A stretch of 64,000 nt of DNA from Amphiscolops sp. MND2022 (GCA_964187785.1 OZ076409.1:74898001-74962000); one strand, 5' to 3'. Numbered from the stretch's first letter, positions 26,525 through 39,790 are shown. The notes: a model not told the origin generated them from the sequence alone. Numbers and translations are program-made.

Positions 26525-29500
26525 GTGGTCAGTGCTGTTGCGTTCATTTTTTTCCGGCCGTGGGGGAGGGCCCCTCTGAGGCCGGTCATTTTTCAGGTAA
26601 CAGCTTTCTTATACAAAAAAGCGGGAAAAAACCTCAGTGCTCAAATCCCAACCGTCAGAATGAGCTGAAATTTGGCATGTAGCTAGTGCATTGCAAATGA
26701 TTAGGATGGGTTATAACGCTATGTTTGGCAAAATTGGTTTTGTTGCATTTTTTTTGTCATATAAGGCCAAAAATGGCCTTTTTTGCGTATTTTTTGCTTG
26801 ACTAGCTAATAACTCGCGTTGGGTTGGTACTAGCGATACGGGTGTGGGGTATGGAATTGAAAGATTACCAAGTACCTTGCTGATCACGTTATTTGATTTC
26901 CGCTCACATCACCCCCCACGCCGGAAATGCCCAATTTGTCACTTCCGGTCGCAATTTTTGACTTTTTTGGATGGAGTTAAAACCCATTTCCGGTGTGAAG
27001 GAGTGGGTTGAGCGCTTCGACCCCAATATACTAAAAGTAGGTTTAGACAAAGTCCTATTAGGAAAAAAGTAATGTAAGCCCGTACCTATCACCCCCTCAC
27101 CGGAAATAGGGGTCACGCCTCCTTTTTCTGTGTTGCAAAAGTGACATGTGCACATTTGTCCAACTCCGAAGCCCCGGAGCACCGTGGGACCCTTATACTT
27201 TCTAAACACCTATCCCACACGCTACCGGAAGTGACCGGAAGTTTCACCGGAAATGACATCCTTGGACCGGAAATGGTCAAAAAATGACTTTTCAATGCAA
27301 AATAGACACATTTGGTGCGATTTTTAGGCAAAAAGCATAGTTCGTGAAACGCTTGTTGCAGTTGGAAGGGCCATTGTTCAGCAAGAATGCGTACAGCATT
27401 ACGTAGCACATCAAGTAGTTGATACTTTTTCGTCCATAATATCCTTAGGACCGGAAATGGCCATTTTGAATCGGAAACTTCTTCAGCTTGATTTTTAACA
27501 GGTTTTTCCGCAATATTAGCGTAGGAATTGCTCGTCGGATGCTGTAGGTCTATTTTAAAACTAGCTAACTGCTTCTTAGAAATGTATTTCAGAAGTCCCA
27601 ACCAATTCCAGAATACCGGAAATAAGAGTAATTGCCTCCTTTATGACCTTTGAATAATAAATTGTTAAAATCCGCATATTATTTTTTTCCACACTTGTTG
27701 CTGAGATTATATCTAAGCAATAACATGTGCTTGTCATGAAGTGCTGTAATGTGGCAGTTACGAATATTGCTATTTAAGAGTATTACATACGTGAATATCC
27801 GCCGTAATAAAGATTTTTTAAAACAACCACTTTTGAAGTCCTATAGATTGTCCGCACACCCGAAACAATTCAAGTTTCTAGTTTCGATTTTAAGGCTTCC
27901 GCGACTATTTAGTTGAGATGATAGTTTTCACGTTCTCTGCAAAACGTGCATTTCATTGTGTTTTTGACATTTATTGGGCTGTTTCACATTGTAATTCAAA
28001 ACTAATTGATTATACAATTTGGAACAATTGAAAATTTTCAATTGAACATTAAATGTTTTAATAGTTTCTCTTTCGTTGAAGATACTATTTTGTGGCCATT
28101 AGAACAGGTTGAATTAGTTGAATAAGTAGCCAGTGCGATACATCGTTTAATACATAGCGTTTGACATCGGTTTTTTTGCGAACAAAGACAAGCATGATTT
28201 GTTGAAAGTTTTTACCATATCGCTTCAAATCGGGTGTGACAAACAAGGAATTTCTCGTTTTATGTGCTACTCCGAAAGCAACCTGAAAACGCAAATCGAT
28301 CTATTGAATTATCGAGATGAAACTAAGCATTTCAAGTCTGGATTTCAATTTAATTCTATCACTCCGGTCTATTTTTATGTCGCAAGAGTGATAAAGCGTG
28401 TTAGCAAGGTTAAACACATCGAACAATTTTAATAATAAAGCCTCCGGAAAGGGAAGAAAAAATGAGTTTTCCTGTCAAAACTATGATAACCACGTACGAA
28501 ACATCAAGTTTTTGTATTTTTCAATAGTCCAAAACGTGAATGAAGTTTTTAAATATCCAAGCGTTTCTAATCAAGCATGCGTTTCAAATGTCTGACAGGG
28601 CAGCATCGTTCTCAAAAAACATTGCTTTCAATGTGGTTTGATACCAGCAAAACGAACGTAGGCACAACCAGATTCTCAAATTTCTTGCAAAACAGCCGAT
28701 TTCTTTGAAAATCCTAATTGATTTCACAGGGTATATGGTGAAACCCTGTTGGATTCCAAAAATGAAAAGCTGATTTCTTGGGTTTGCGAGATAAAAGACA
28801 ACGGGAATCTGAAAGCAAGTCATCTCAATAAAATACCTGTTGCTCTTTAAACAAATGGACTTTAGTAGTCGAAATTTTTTCTCAGACACTTTCGATCAGA
28901 GAATGTTTGAGTCCTAACGTTCGAATCAGGTTGGTTTCAGGTGGCTCGAAGTGCCAGCTGAACCAACCTTTCAAATAAAGAAAAACCCCACATCTCCCTT
29001 CATGCCACGCTGCCCCGTATAGCGTTTCAACTTGACAGAAGTTGGAACGTTTGATTTTGGCATCGCTTGGGATTGACACACCAGTGTTGATACTAAATTT
29101 GGCAAAGAGAAATCGCAGAAATGATTGTTTCTTTTTTTCCCTTTGATTTAGTCTGTCGAGCGTACAAAGCAGTTTGGGAAACTAACTTGCATTTCCACTG
29201 AACGAAAAAAAGTAGTAGCCTTGCAAACTCCTGGAAGAAATTGAGTCAGGTTTTCCTATTTGTGAGATCAGCTGTCACTCAATTATCAATTACTTTTTTA
29301 AAAATTTTTAGGAACAACTAACCTAACTCTGCTCGACTCTCTTGAATAATGCAACAATCGTTTACTGATCTGTACTCGTGAGAAAAAAATCAACTGCAGG
29401 TCCAAAAACAATCTATATATCTTTGGTTTATTCCGTGCAAAGCTTTTTTTCACACCATGTGACTCAACTATAACATGTATGTAATGAAACCAATAACACC

Positions 29501-29594
29501 TTCAACTATCAACGCCCACCGTCCGTAGGCATGCCGAGGCATGCCTTTCGACGACGCGCGCCGGAAACAATCTAACGGCGCCACCCGCTTCTGG
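26525..29594 (+). mobile_element. Array unit 19, family M (3070 bp), with ~1.8 kb of unique cargo, ends CTGG
   Basis: Typical 5' motifs; unique sequence at about 27650-29500; core at about 29509-29556. Confidence 0.7.
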
Positions 29595-31012
29595 GTGGTC
29601 GGGTATTTTTTTTACTCGTATATGACGTTTGCGAGGCTTTGGGGAGGGCCCCGTGCCGAGCCTGTACCGAAATTGGCCACATGTAGAAATCTGGCACTAA
29701 AATGCGAGATCTCAAAAAGTAGCCGTTAAAAATGTCTGAAAATTTGCATGTGGCTCTGAATCAATGAGTAATGAAAAAGTGTAGAAGTGACCATCTCTGA
29801 AAAAATGGTCCTTGTTGCACTTTTTGCGCAATTTTTGTCGCATTGTTGCGTTTTTTATGTCATTTTCGACTTTGGAGGCAAAAAACTCATAGATGCTTTG
29901 TTCCTAGCGTACCAAGTGTGGAGCACGAAAAGTTGCAGCATCTTCAATTACGTATGCTGAGAAAATTTGGTTGCCCTCTGGTTACCCCCCACAGAGATAG
30001 AGGGGTGCTTCCGGTTACTTTTGACCCGCTAAGTTTGGGAAACTGCTAATTTTCGTAAAGAAGCCGTAGATTTAGCGTGTCCACCCCCTGCTGAAGTATT
30101 GTTAGTCATTTTAAGATAGATCCGATGACATGCGTTCAGTTCACCCCCATCACCCCCTGGACCGGAAATGCACTTATTTGTGTACTTTCAGACCGGAAGT
30201 CTCCATTTTCACCGGTATTAGGTCCTTGTATGAGCAACTAGCAGGACATCAAAGTTAAAGTACAAACTGGGGTTAACTTAGTGACCACGTGCTGTCCAGT
30301 CATGGGTTCCGCTATTACCGGAAATGGGTTCAAAACCCCCCTTTTGGTCTGTTTTTCATCAATTTGACTAGTGTTTGGTCCACATTCAAGTCGCGCAAGG
30401 CAGTTGCAACAGTTTGAGCTCAAACTGCATGTTAACTGCGTAGATGTAACTGACAATGTCAGATACCGGAAGTAACCCCCTGTGACCGGAAGTTGTCATT
30501 TTTGAGCGGAAGTGGTCCAAAAAGTAGAGTAAATGCAGTTTTTCACTGCTTTTTAAGGCAAAGTTATTACTTTTTTCTATTAAAGTTATTACCTTTTTCT
30601 ATCTTATTGTTTTTTCCTACTCACAAAACTCACATTGTAGCTTGTTTGGGTAAATTCTGGAAAATCATTACCTTTATCACCCCAGATAGCCTTCCAAGTT
30701 GACCTTGGGTCAATCTTGAAGGCTATCTGTTCAGAAAACGAAAAATAGTGGAAATTGGGTTTCTCGTTTCTCGTTGTTATTTTTTCCATAAAGTTAATTT
30801 GTTAAATAAGGCTTTTGTTCAATTGAGTGATCTGAAATTTGTCCAGAGGTGTCACACAGACGAATACCATTTCAAGTTGAAGTAAACATATGATGGTAAT
30901 ATTAGACAACATCACACACACTTACCAACGCCCACCGTCCGTGGGCATGCCGAGGCATGCCCTTCGACGACGTATGCCAAATAGCGCCACAGGGCGCCCA
31001 CACTTTTGCTAG
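29595..31012 (+). mobile_element. Array unit 20, family L (1418 bp)
   Basis: Homologous to unit 18; hairpin-3 at 30683-30729. Confidence 0.8.
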
Positions 31013-32292
31013 GTGGCCGGAAATTTTTTTTTTCAGCAAAATCTTTGCCATTGGGGGAGGGGCCCCGGATGGCCAGTAGTTCGGCTTGGCTACCTGCAAA
31101 ATCAGGTACAAAAAAACACGATCTCAAAATTGGCCCGTCAGAATTCGCTCATTTTTTGCATGCGGCCCTAGAATCAATATATAAGAACAAAGTCCTGCTG
31201 ACGTTTTGCCGAAAAAACATTTTTTGTTGACCAAAAATAACATTTTTCATGCCAAAATGACCGTTTTTTCACATTTTTCAACTTTGAGAGCTCATATCTC
31301 GTTCCCAGGTGCCCGGAGCGGTTCGCACGTGAACTGCAATATTGCTCAACGTTGTTAACGGAGTGCGTGGACAAATTTTGGTCCAAATCGGACTTAAACT
31401 CGGGGAGATATAAACGGATTTTTGGGGGTTTCCGGGGTAAATTTTTTAACGGTCCAGCTTATCTTTGCCATTTTTTCGAAAATGTACTCGCCTAAAGGCC
31501 TCCCCCTGGCCGAATTTCCTCCCAGCAAAACCATTTGGCCCTAAATAAGGAGTTTCAGCGTTCTAGCATTTCCGGGTGAAAAGTTGTGGGACTTAGAAAA
31601 AATTCAAAATTTTTCAAAAAAATTTTTTTTTCGTTTTCCGGCCCCCCAATGAAGGGGAACGACCCCCCAACTAGGATTTTTGGTGAATCCATGTGAAAAG
31701 GTCTTGTTTAGTGGAGAAAAATGCCGTTTAGAGCGACTTTTTATCTTAACTTGACGTTGACTTATGTCGTTTTGAATTTGATATTAGTATGTGTTGAGCA
31801 TGTGATAAGTTGAATATTTCAGTTGTTCTTTCGTGTTAGCCATTGAGATACAAGCTGTAGTGATCAAAATGTGATTTTTCGCAGTTTCGTGGTGCCTTTG
31901 GTGTATTTTGATTCTTTTGATAAAAAGGTTGTTCTTTATTTTTTGACAATTTTGGTGTATTGATTCAAATGAACATGAAACAGTTGAGTACATTTCATCT
32001 CCCTCTTGGGGGAGATGAGAATGTACTCGCTAAAGTCCCAGTACTATGGCCCATTTTTGTTTTTTTCAGACGCAGATACTGCCAACCGATACTTTTTGTT
32101 GGTGCAACTTTCCTGTGCACAATGTCTTTAGAAGCTAGAAAACTCTATGTCTCTAGCTTACTTCTCCTACAAATTCGTCACCGACGTCAACGCCACACAC
32201 TCTCACTAACGCCCACCGTCTGTGGGCATGCCGAGGCATGCCCTTCGACGACGTATGCCAAATAGCGCCACAGGGCGCCCAATTTTGTCTAG
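31013..32292 (+). mobile_element. Array unit 21, F-related mosaic (1280 bp)
   Basis: F-like first ~70 bp, B-like middle, F-like region before hairpin-2. Confidence 0.75.
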
Positions 32293-34286
32293 GTGCGGGG
32301 GGGTAACCCCTACAAAGATATTGGAGGATTCGGGTAGGGTCCTGAATCCGAGTTCAGTGCTGCCAGCTATCGTTAGGGATTTGAGAAAATTTTGCCGATC
32401 TCGTGATCTAACCGTAGGATTTTAAAGTTGGAGCGGCCCCCACCAGATTTTCCAAAGTTATTCGCCCCCCACCGGGTTCCAGCGTGATTGAAATATTTTG
32501 ACGGGGTACACGGGCGACCGTTAGGGGTCATTTTGGGGGTAAAATTTATATCCGGTCGCATAACTTTTTTCCTGTTGGTTTAAAACTTTAGGACCCTGCT
32601 AAAAGTTTCTTGACCATGTTGCAGGGGCCCCGGAGGTCCAAACCAAATTTTTCTATCTTGAAGCTATCTCCAAGTACCCCCCCGCCCAAACCGTTATTTT
32701 TCCGGAAACGCCGGTTTTTGACCCGGAAGGAGTCGTCTGAGCGCGGGGTCGTTAGGTGATGTATTGGGGACGGCCTTGAGACGAAGCGGGGGATATATAG
32801 TTTGCCGACCCCAGTTTACCCCCCGCACGGGAAATGACCGTTATATGAGCGGGAAAAATGCCCCCCTCCGCGTTTTACCGCTATTTCCGGTGTGAAGGAG
32901 TGGGAGTAGCGCGTCGGGTGTTATATAACAAAAGTAGGTTTAGACAAGGACCTATCGGAAACATGTAGTTTGGGACCCCCTGGTCCAACCCGTTAGCGGG
33001 AAATGGGGCTTCCGCCTCCTTTTTTTACTGCTAAAACCGTAAAATGGGCATTGAGGGGTAAATATCTCGTGAACGCGTGGAGCTACGGTGTCCATCACTA
33101 CTACAAGGTTTCATACCCATGATATGGTGCCTTCAGGGGGGCAAACAGATTTCCGCTATCTATCACCGTTACGGACTTGGCCCCCCAGCCTAACCGCTAT
33201 GTGACCGGAAATATCACTTTTTGAGCCCAAAGGGTCGGTCCCAGCCGGGGAACGTTAGGTAACTTATTATAGTACTCATTGAGACGAGTTGGGGGATACA
33301 GTTTCAGTCACCCCCCGTTACCCCTTGGGACCGGAAATGACCGTTATGTGGGTAAAATTGCCATTTTTGTCCTATTTGGATGGCATTTAGGTGCGGAAGG
33401 AGTGGTAATAGGTGCTTGGACACTATATGATGTAAAAGAGGACGTGATGCGAGCATTCGAAATTAACCGTTATGTTGACCCCTAAGTCCCCCTGGTACCG
33501 TAAATGACCGGAAATGGTCTAATTTTGTGTTTATTGGGTACAAATGTTTGGTATTTTATGAATTAAAGTACATGGAAGGTGTTTCAAAGGCCTCCAGAAG
33601 TGAACATCGTCATGAAACCTTGTGGGGGGTAACGGTATATAACACCGGAAGTCCAAACCGTTGGTCACAGAATAGGTTTTTTGGTTTCAAAATGTCTTTA
33701 GGCGTAGTTTTATGGGTTGAATCGTCATAATATCAACTATTACGGACATTTTTCGGAAAAAAAAAATTTTTCACATTAGTTTCAGAGACCTCCAATGCTT
33801 CAGTCAACATAACCGTTACATTTTGATAGCCTTTCAAGTTGGCCTGGCGTCAACTTGGAAGGGCTATCCTTCTAAAATCGTTAATCAAGAGTGTTTTTGG
33901 GTAGGTATATGTTGCATTAGTACCAATTAGAGCTTCATCAACAGTTTGCCAACGGCAAAAACGATGTCGTGATAATTCCGTTATAAGAATATTAATTAAA
34001 AAATTGTTTACAAAGTTGATTTTTTTCATTTAAAATGTGTCCTAATGCCACCAAATTGAATAAAATAATAAATGGTATTGACTAAAACTAAATAACATTG
34101 AAAAAGAAGATCAACATTTTTATTAGGTCTCATTATGGAAGCTGAAACCTCACGTTTTAACTTGATTAACGTCAACGCCACATACTTTACATCAACGCCC
34201 ACCGTCTGTGGGCATGCCGAGGCATGCCCTTCGACGACGTATACCAAACAACCTCCATATCTACACCCGATTGCGGTAGCGGCTAG
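32293..34286 (+). mobile_element. Array unit 22, family H variant (1994 bp)
   Basis: Related to unit 11 with one fewer ~503-bp repeat; hairpin-3 at 33825-33868. Confidence 0.75.
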
Positions 34287-35674
34287 GTGGTTGGGGCGGT
34301 CCCCAGAACGCACAAGGAGGCGCGGGGAGGGTCCTGCGCCGACGTAGAATAATTTCATATAATACTAGTATCCTACATGGGTGTTTTAGAGGCGATTTTG
34401 GAATCTAACCGTAGGATTTGGATAATTTTTTGCATGCGGCCATAACTCGAAATTCTAAGAACTTTTTCCTACTGTCATTTTTCCCGCAAATTGTTTTTTG
34501 TTGACTTATGGCCGAAAAACCGGAAATAACGTTCTTTTTAGACGTTATATCCGAAGTGTCGTCATAACTTTTTTCCAGGGCATGCTAGCGTTCTTGTTCA
34601 CTTTTACACTTAGTTGCAGCATCTCAAAATACAACTGGTGGAAAATTTTGGTTGCATTCGGATCACCCCCCACCGAGATAGAAGGGTTCCCCCCTCCAGT
34701 TTTACCCCCCAAATTTGCGAAAAAGCCAATTTCGAGCATGAAGCCGAGGATTTAGCGTACCCGCACCCTTCTGATGTTTTGTCGTACAAATTGGGGTCAA
34801 TCGGATGACATGTGTGATTTTCACCCCCAACCCCCCTGGGACCGGAAATGACGTTTTTTTGTGTTTTTTGGCAGAAATTAGCCTTTTTCATTATAAGGCA
34901 GTCGTTTTAGGGACTCCTAGTAGGATATCGAAATTGAAATACAACCTGATCACAACCCAGTGACAACATGTTGGCCATTTGGAGGTACCATCAAGACCGG
35001 AAGTGGGGTCAACCCCCCTTTTTGTGACCGCTTTTTGACCTTGTGCACCAAAATGCCAACAACTTGAGGCCTAATGACGCATTCAAATCTGTACAAAGAT
35101 TGAATGTTAGACAACCAAAGTCCCGGAAGATCTTTAGCATATACCGGAAGTTACCCCCCATGACCGGAAGGTACCCAATGTGACCGGAAATGGTCCAAAA
35201 AGTAATGTAAAGTTGAATTTTTAACTATTTCCAGACCACTTCATTGAACATTTTCAATCCCAAAACTAGCGTACTGGCTTGTTTTGCTGAAGTTATGGAA
35301 ATTGATGAGCTCTATCACCCCCGATAGCCTTCGAAGTTGACCTTGCGTCAACTTTGGAGGCTATCGATTCTGAAAATGAACAACAGAGTTCATTGTTGCT
35401 CTCGTTTTTTTCCGTTGTTTTTCCTCAAACATTCTTGAGACATATACATGGCAGTTAGTTAAAATCAATTTTTTAGCCCATGTTATAGCGGGAGTAGCAA
35501 AGCGTTACACGGGCTAGTGTGGTTTTGAACTTACATTATTTTAAAATAAAAAAAGACCGTCTTAGTCAACGCCACACTTTCATAGCAACGCCCACCGTCT
35601 GTGGGCATGCCGAGGCATGCCCTTCGACGACGTATGACGAATCCACTTCCACGACGCCCGCAGTCCTCAGCTAG
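34287..35674 (+). mobile_element. Array unit 23, family I (1388 bp)
   Basis: Homologous to unit 12; hairpin-3 at 35322-35366. Confidence 0.8.
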
Positions 35675-36945
35675 GTGGCCGCGTCTTTTAGATGGACTTT
35701 TAGCCCTGAGGCGCGGGTAGGGTCCTGCGCCGAGCTGGTGAAAATATACTACGTCCAAATCGCCCGTTCCGGAAACGATCTCGAAAACTGACCGTTAGAA
35801 ATTCCTGAAAATTTGCATGTGGCCCCCAATTGGCGAGCAATGAAAAAGTGTAGGAGGTCATTTTTCCCAAATTCCACTGTGAGACGAGATATATGAAAAA
35901 AACGGACCCCAAAATGACGGAAATTTCACTTTTTGACCATTAATGGGACATTATCTCCCCAGACAAGGCTCGGAGCAAAATTTGTCAGAACCCAAACCTG
36001 CAGCAGACTGTTAGAGCAGTACACACAGTAATTTTGAAAGAAATCCGATAATCACATGTTGAGAAATTGACGTTTTTCCGGCGAAATTTCTAGCAAATGC
36101 AGTCTATCTCTGCCGTTTTTTGCCCAAAATTTTTCCGAGACACTCGCCTAAAGGCCTCCCCTGGCCGGTTTACCTCTCAAAAAAACCATTTGGCCCTAAA
36201 TACGAGGTTTCAGCGTTCTAGCTTTTCCCAGTAAAAAGTTATGGGACTTAGAAGTTTTTCAAAACTTTTCAAAATTTTTCTAAAAAAGTTCAGGCCGCCC
36301 AAAGTGAAGAAACTTCCACACAACTAGTATTGCAAGTGAATGCATGTGGAAAGCCCTGCACTTGACGAGAAAAATGCCGTTTAGAACGTCTTTTTATCTC
36401 AACTTGATGTTGACTTATGATCTTTTGAGTAGCGTATAACACGTGATCACAGTAGTGAAAACCCTAATTTTCAAAAATTTTCGAACAATAACGCATGAAA
36501 AGAACCTGGAAAAGGTTCCGATGGGTCAGTTGGGATGTCTGAAGCTTGTGTACATTCCCGTAGTGTATAGCGGATGTATTTGGGACTTATTAGAAATTGT
36601 GATATGTTTTATACAAGTCTTTGTTTCTCTTAGAATCTTATGCAGTTGAGTACATTCCATCTCCCTCTCAGGGGAGATGTGAATGTACGTTTGTCAAATG
36701 CCTTGTATATTTCACATCTTTGATGGATTCAAATAACTAAACAAGTGTGATTTGCGTTTGCCGAACCACTGCGACAAAATACCCTAAATCTATAGCGAGA
36801 TTGTATGGTTTTTGTCTTTAGTGTTTCGTCTTGTGTAGCCGACTTCCACATCCAAATATCAACGCCCGCCGTCCGTAGGCATGCCGAGGCATGCCTTTCG
36901 ACGACGTATGCCAAATACCCAATGCCACGCTGTCATTATCGCTAG
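35675..36945 (+). mobile_element. Array unit 24, family A (1271 bp)
   Basis: Near-identical to unit 1. Confidence 0.8.
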
Positions 36946-38333
36946 GTGGTTGGGGCGGTCCCCAGAACGCACAAGGAGGCGCGGGGAGGGTCCTGCGCCG
37001 ACGTAGAATAATTTCATATAATACTAGTATCCTACATGGGTGTTTTAGAAGCGATTTTGGAATCTAACCGTAGGATTTGGATAAATTTTTGCATGCGGCC
37101 ATAACTCGAAATTCTAAGAACTTTTTCCTACTGTCATTTTCCCCGCAAATTGTTTTTTGTTGACTTATGGCCGAAAAACCGGAAATAACGTCCTTTTTAG
37201 ACGTTATATCCGAAGTGTCGTCATAACTTTTTTCCAGGGCATGCTAGCGTTCTCGTTCACTTTTACACTTAGTTGCAGCATCTCAAAATAAAACTGGTGG
37301 AAAATTTTGGTTGCATTCGGATCACCCCCCCACCGAGATAGAAGGGTTCCCCCCTCCAGTTTTACCCCCCAAATTTGCAAAAAAGCCAAATTTGAGCATG
37401 AAGCCGAGGATTTAGCGTACCCGCACCCTTCTGATGTTTTGTTGTACGTATTGGGGTCAATCTGACGACATGTGTGGTTTTCACCCCCAACCCCCCCTGG
37501 GACCGGAAATGACACTTTTTTGAGTTTTTTGGCAGAATTTAGCCTTTTTCATTACTAGGCAGTCGTTTTATGGACTCCTAGCAGGATATCGAAATTGAAA
37601 TACATCCTGATCACAACCCAGTGACAACATGTTGGCCACTTGGAGGTACCATCATGACCGGAAGTGGGGTCAACACCCCTTTTTGTGACCGCTTTTTGAC
37701 CTTGTGCACCAAAATGCCAACAACTTGAGGCCTAATGACCCATTCAAATCTGTACAAAGATAGAATGTTAGACAACTGAAGTCCCGCAAAATCTTAGCAT
37801 ATATCGGAAGTTACCGCCCATGACCGGAAGTTACCCAATGTGACCGAAAATGGTCCAAAAATTAATGAAAAGTTGAAGTTTTCACTATTTCAAGAGCACT
37901 TCATTGAACATTTTCAATCGCAAAACTTGCGTACTGGCTTGTTTTGCTGAATTTATGGAAATTGATGAGCCCTATCACCCCCGATAGCCTTCGAAGTTGA
38001 CCTTGCGTCAACTTTGGAGGCTATCGATACTGAAAATGAACAACAAAGTACATTGTTGCTCTCGGTTTTTTCCCGTTGTTTTTCCTCAAACAATCTTGAG
38101 ACATATACATGGCCGTTAGTTGAAATCAATATTTAACCCATGTTATACCTGGAGCAGCGAAGCGTTACACAGACTAGTGTGGTTTTGGAATTACATTATT
38201 TAAATTAACAACAGATCGTTTTAGTCAACTCCACACATTCATACCAACGCCCACCGTCTGTGGGCATGCCGAGGCATGCCCTTCGACGACGTATGACGAA
38301 TCCACTCCAACGACACCCGCAGTCCTCAGCTAG
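36946..38333 (+). mobile_element. Array unit 25, family I (1388 bp)
   Basis: Homologous to unit 23; hairpin-3 at 37982-38026. Confidence 0.8.
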
Positions 38334-39448
38334 GTGGCCGGGAATTTTTTTCTGCTCAATTCTTTGCCAACTGGGGGAGGGGCCCCTGGTGGCTGTTACC
38401 CAAAATACATACCTACTAAATTCCGGTGCTCTGAGTACGATCTCGAAAACCACCCGACAGATTTTTCTGAAAATTTGCATACAGGCCTAGAATCAAATCC
38501 TAAGAACTATTTCCTTCTAGCGTTTTTCCGAATTTTTTCAAAAAGTTGGTCAAAAATGCAACAAAAGTTGCCAATGGACATAAAAAACGCAACTTTTCGA
38601 CTTTGAGGGTCTATAACTTTTTCCAGAGTGCCTGGAGCGGTTCGCACGTGGACCACAACATTGCTCAGCATTGTCGGAGGAGAACGTGGACAAATTTTGG
38701 TTCGAATCGGATGAAAATTGACTGAGAAATAAACGAAAATTTTCGTGCATTTGTTGCAAATACCAGTTTATCTTTGCCATTTTCGCCCAAAATTTTTCCC
38801 AGAACCTTTACAGGAGGCAACCCCTGCCCAAATTTCTGCCGAACAAACCCATTTGGCCCTAAATACGGTGTTTCAGCGTTCTAGCATTCCCGGGCAAAAA
38901 GTTGTGGGACTTAGAAAATTTTCAAAAAAACGCAAAAATTGTAAAAAGTAACTTCTGGCGTCCCAAAGTCAAGAAACTTTCACACAACTAGTATTGCAAG
39001 TGAATGCATGTGGAAAGTACTCGGATAGACGAGAAAAATGAGCTATAGAACAACTCTGTAGCTTATTCTGACGTTGACTTATGACATTTTGAGTGTGAGC
39101 ATCCTTTTGGATTTTATTGTCAAAAATGAGATTTTGTAAGTCATGTCTCATCAAAGACTCATCGGAATACGTTCAATCATCCCCAAAGCTGTTCAATCAC
39201 CGTGCCTTAGTAGAGCAACGCCATTTAATGTCTTTCGACTCATTTTGAAAATTTTCGTTACCGTCTTATTCGTCCGATATCACGAAACAGTTGTTAAGTT
39301 TTTTTATATGGCTTGTCCAGACGCCCCAGTTGGTGTGTCGCGCTTTTCAGCACCGCGTTTCCTGAAGCCGCTGAGATTCTAACTCTGTCTGTACTCTGCG
39401 TTTTAGATTTACTATTTTAGGCATTGGTTTCCTGAATCGCGTTTTCTT

Positions 39449-39790
39449 GGCTTAGGTTTCTAGTGCCTTGGTTTTAGGCTTGCATATGTTAGGCTTAGGC
39501 TTCTCTGGATTAGGTTGCATAGGCTTATGTTTCCTAAGTTAGGTTTCTTCGGCTTTGCTTTTTTTTACCGTTATATTCATTAGGCTTAGGTTTATTAGGC
39601 TTAGGGTCCTTAGGCTTAGATTAATTAGGCTTAGGTTTCTTAGGAGATAAGTTTCTTAGGCTTAGGTTTTTTGGCGTTTAGGTTTCGTAGGATTAGGTTT
39701 CTTCGGCTTAGGTTTAATAGGTTAGGTTTCTTAGGCTTCGCTTTTTTAGGCTTTGGTTTATAGTTTAGGTTCCTTAAGCGTAGGGTTTCT
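39449..39790 (+). repeat. Degenerate TTAGG-containing minisatellite (about GGCTTAGGTTTCTTA, ~15-bp period)
   Basis: Many TTAGGC/TTAGGT words in tandem. Confidence 0.8.

Noticed and set aside
27800..27880. Minus-strand peptide LFRVCGQSIGTSKVVVL resembling a hydrolase GxSxG motif
   Set aside because: The frame is short and bounded by stops, with no other supporting motifs; likely chance.
853..38333. Ordinary satellite with a higher-order repeat, or TIR/LTR transposons
   Set aside because: Unit order is aperiodic, families are highly divergent, and no terminal inverted repeats, LTRs or target-site duplications are visible at junctions.
279..39382. Many 60-170 aa ORFs in the units, some recurring (for example MAASFRWTF..., ...GHAEACPSTTYAK)
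   Set aside because: They recur because the DNA repeats. Frames break between copies, many start at GTG/TTG or span junctions, and none has a recognisable domain.
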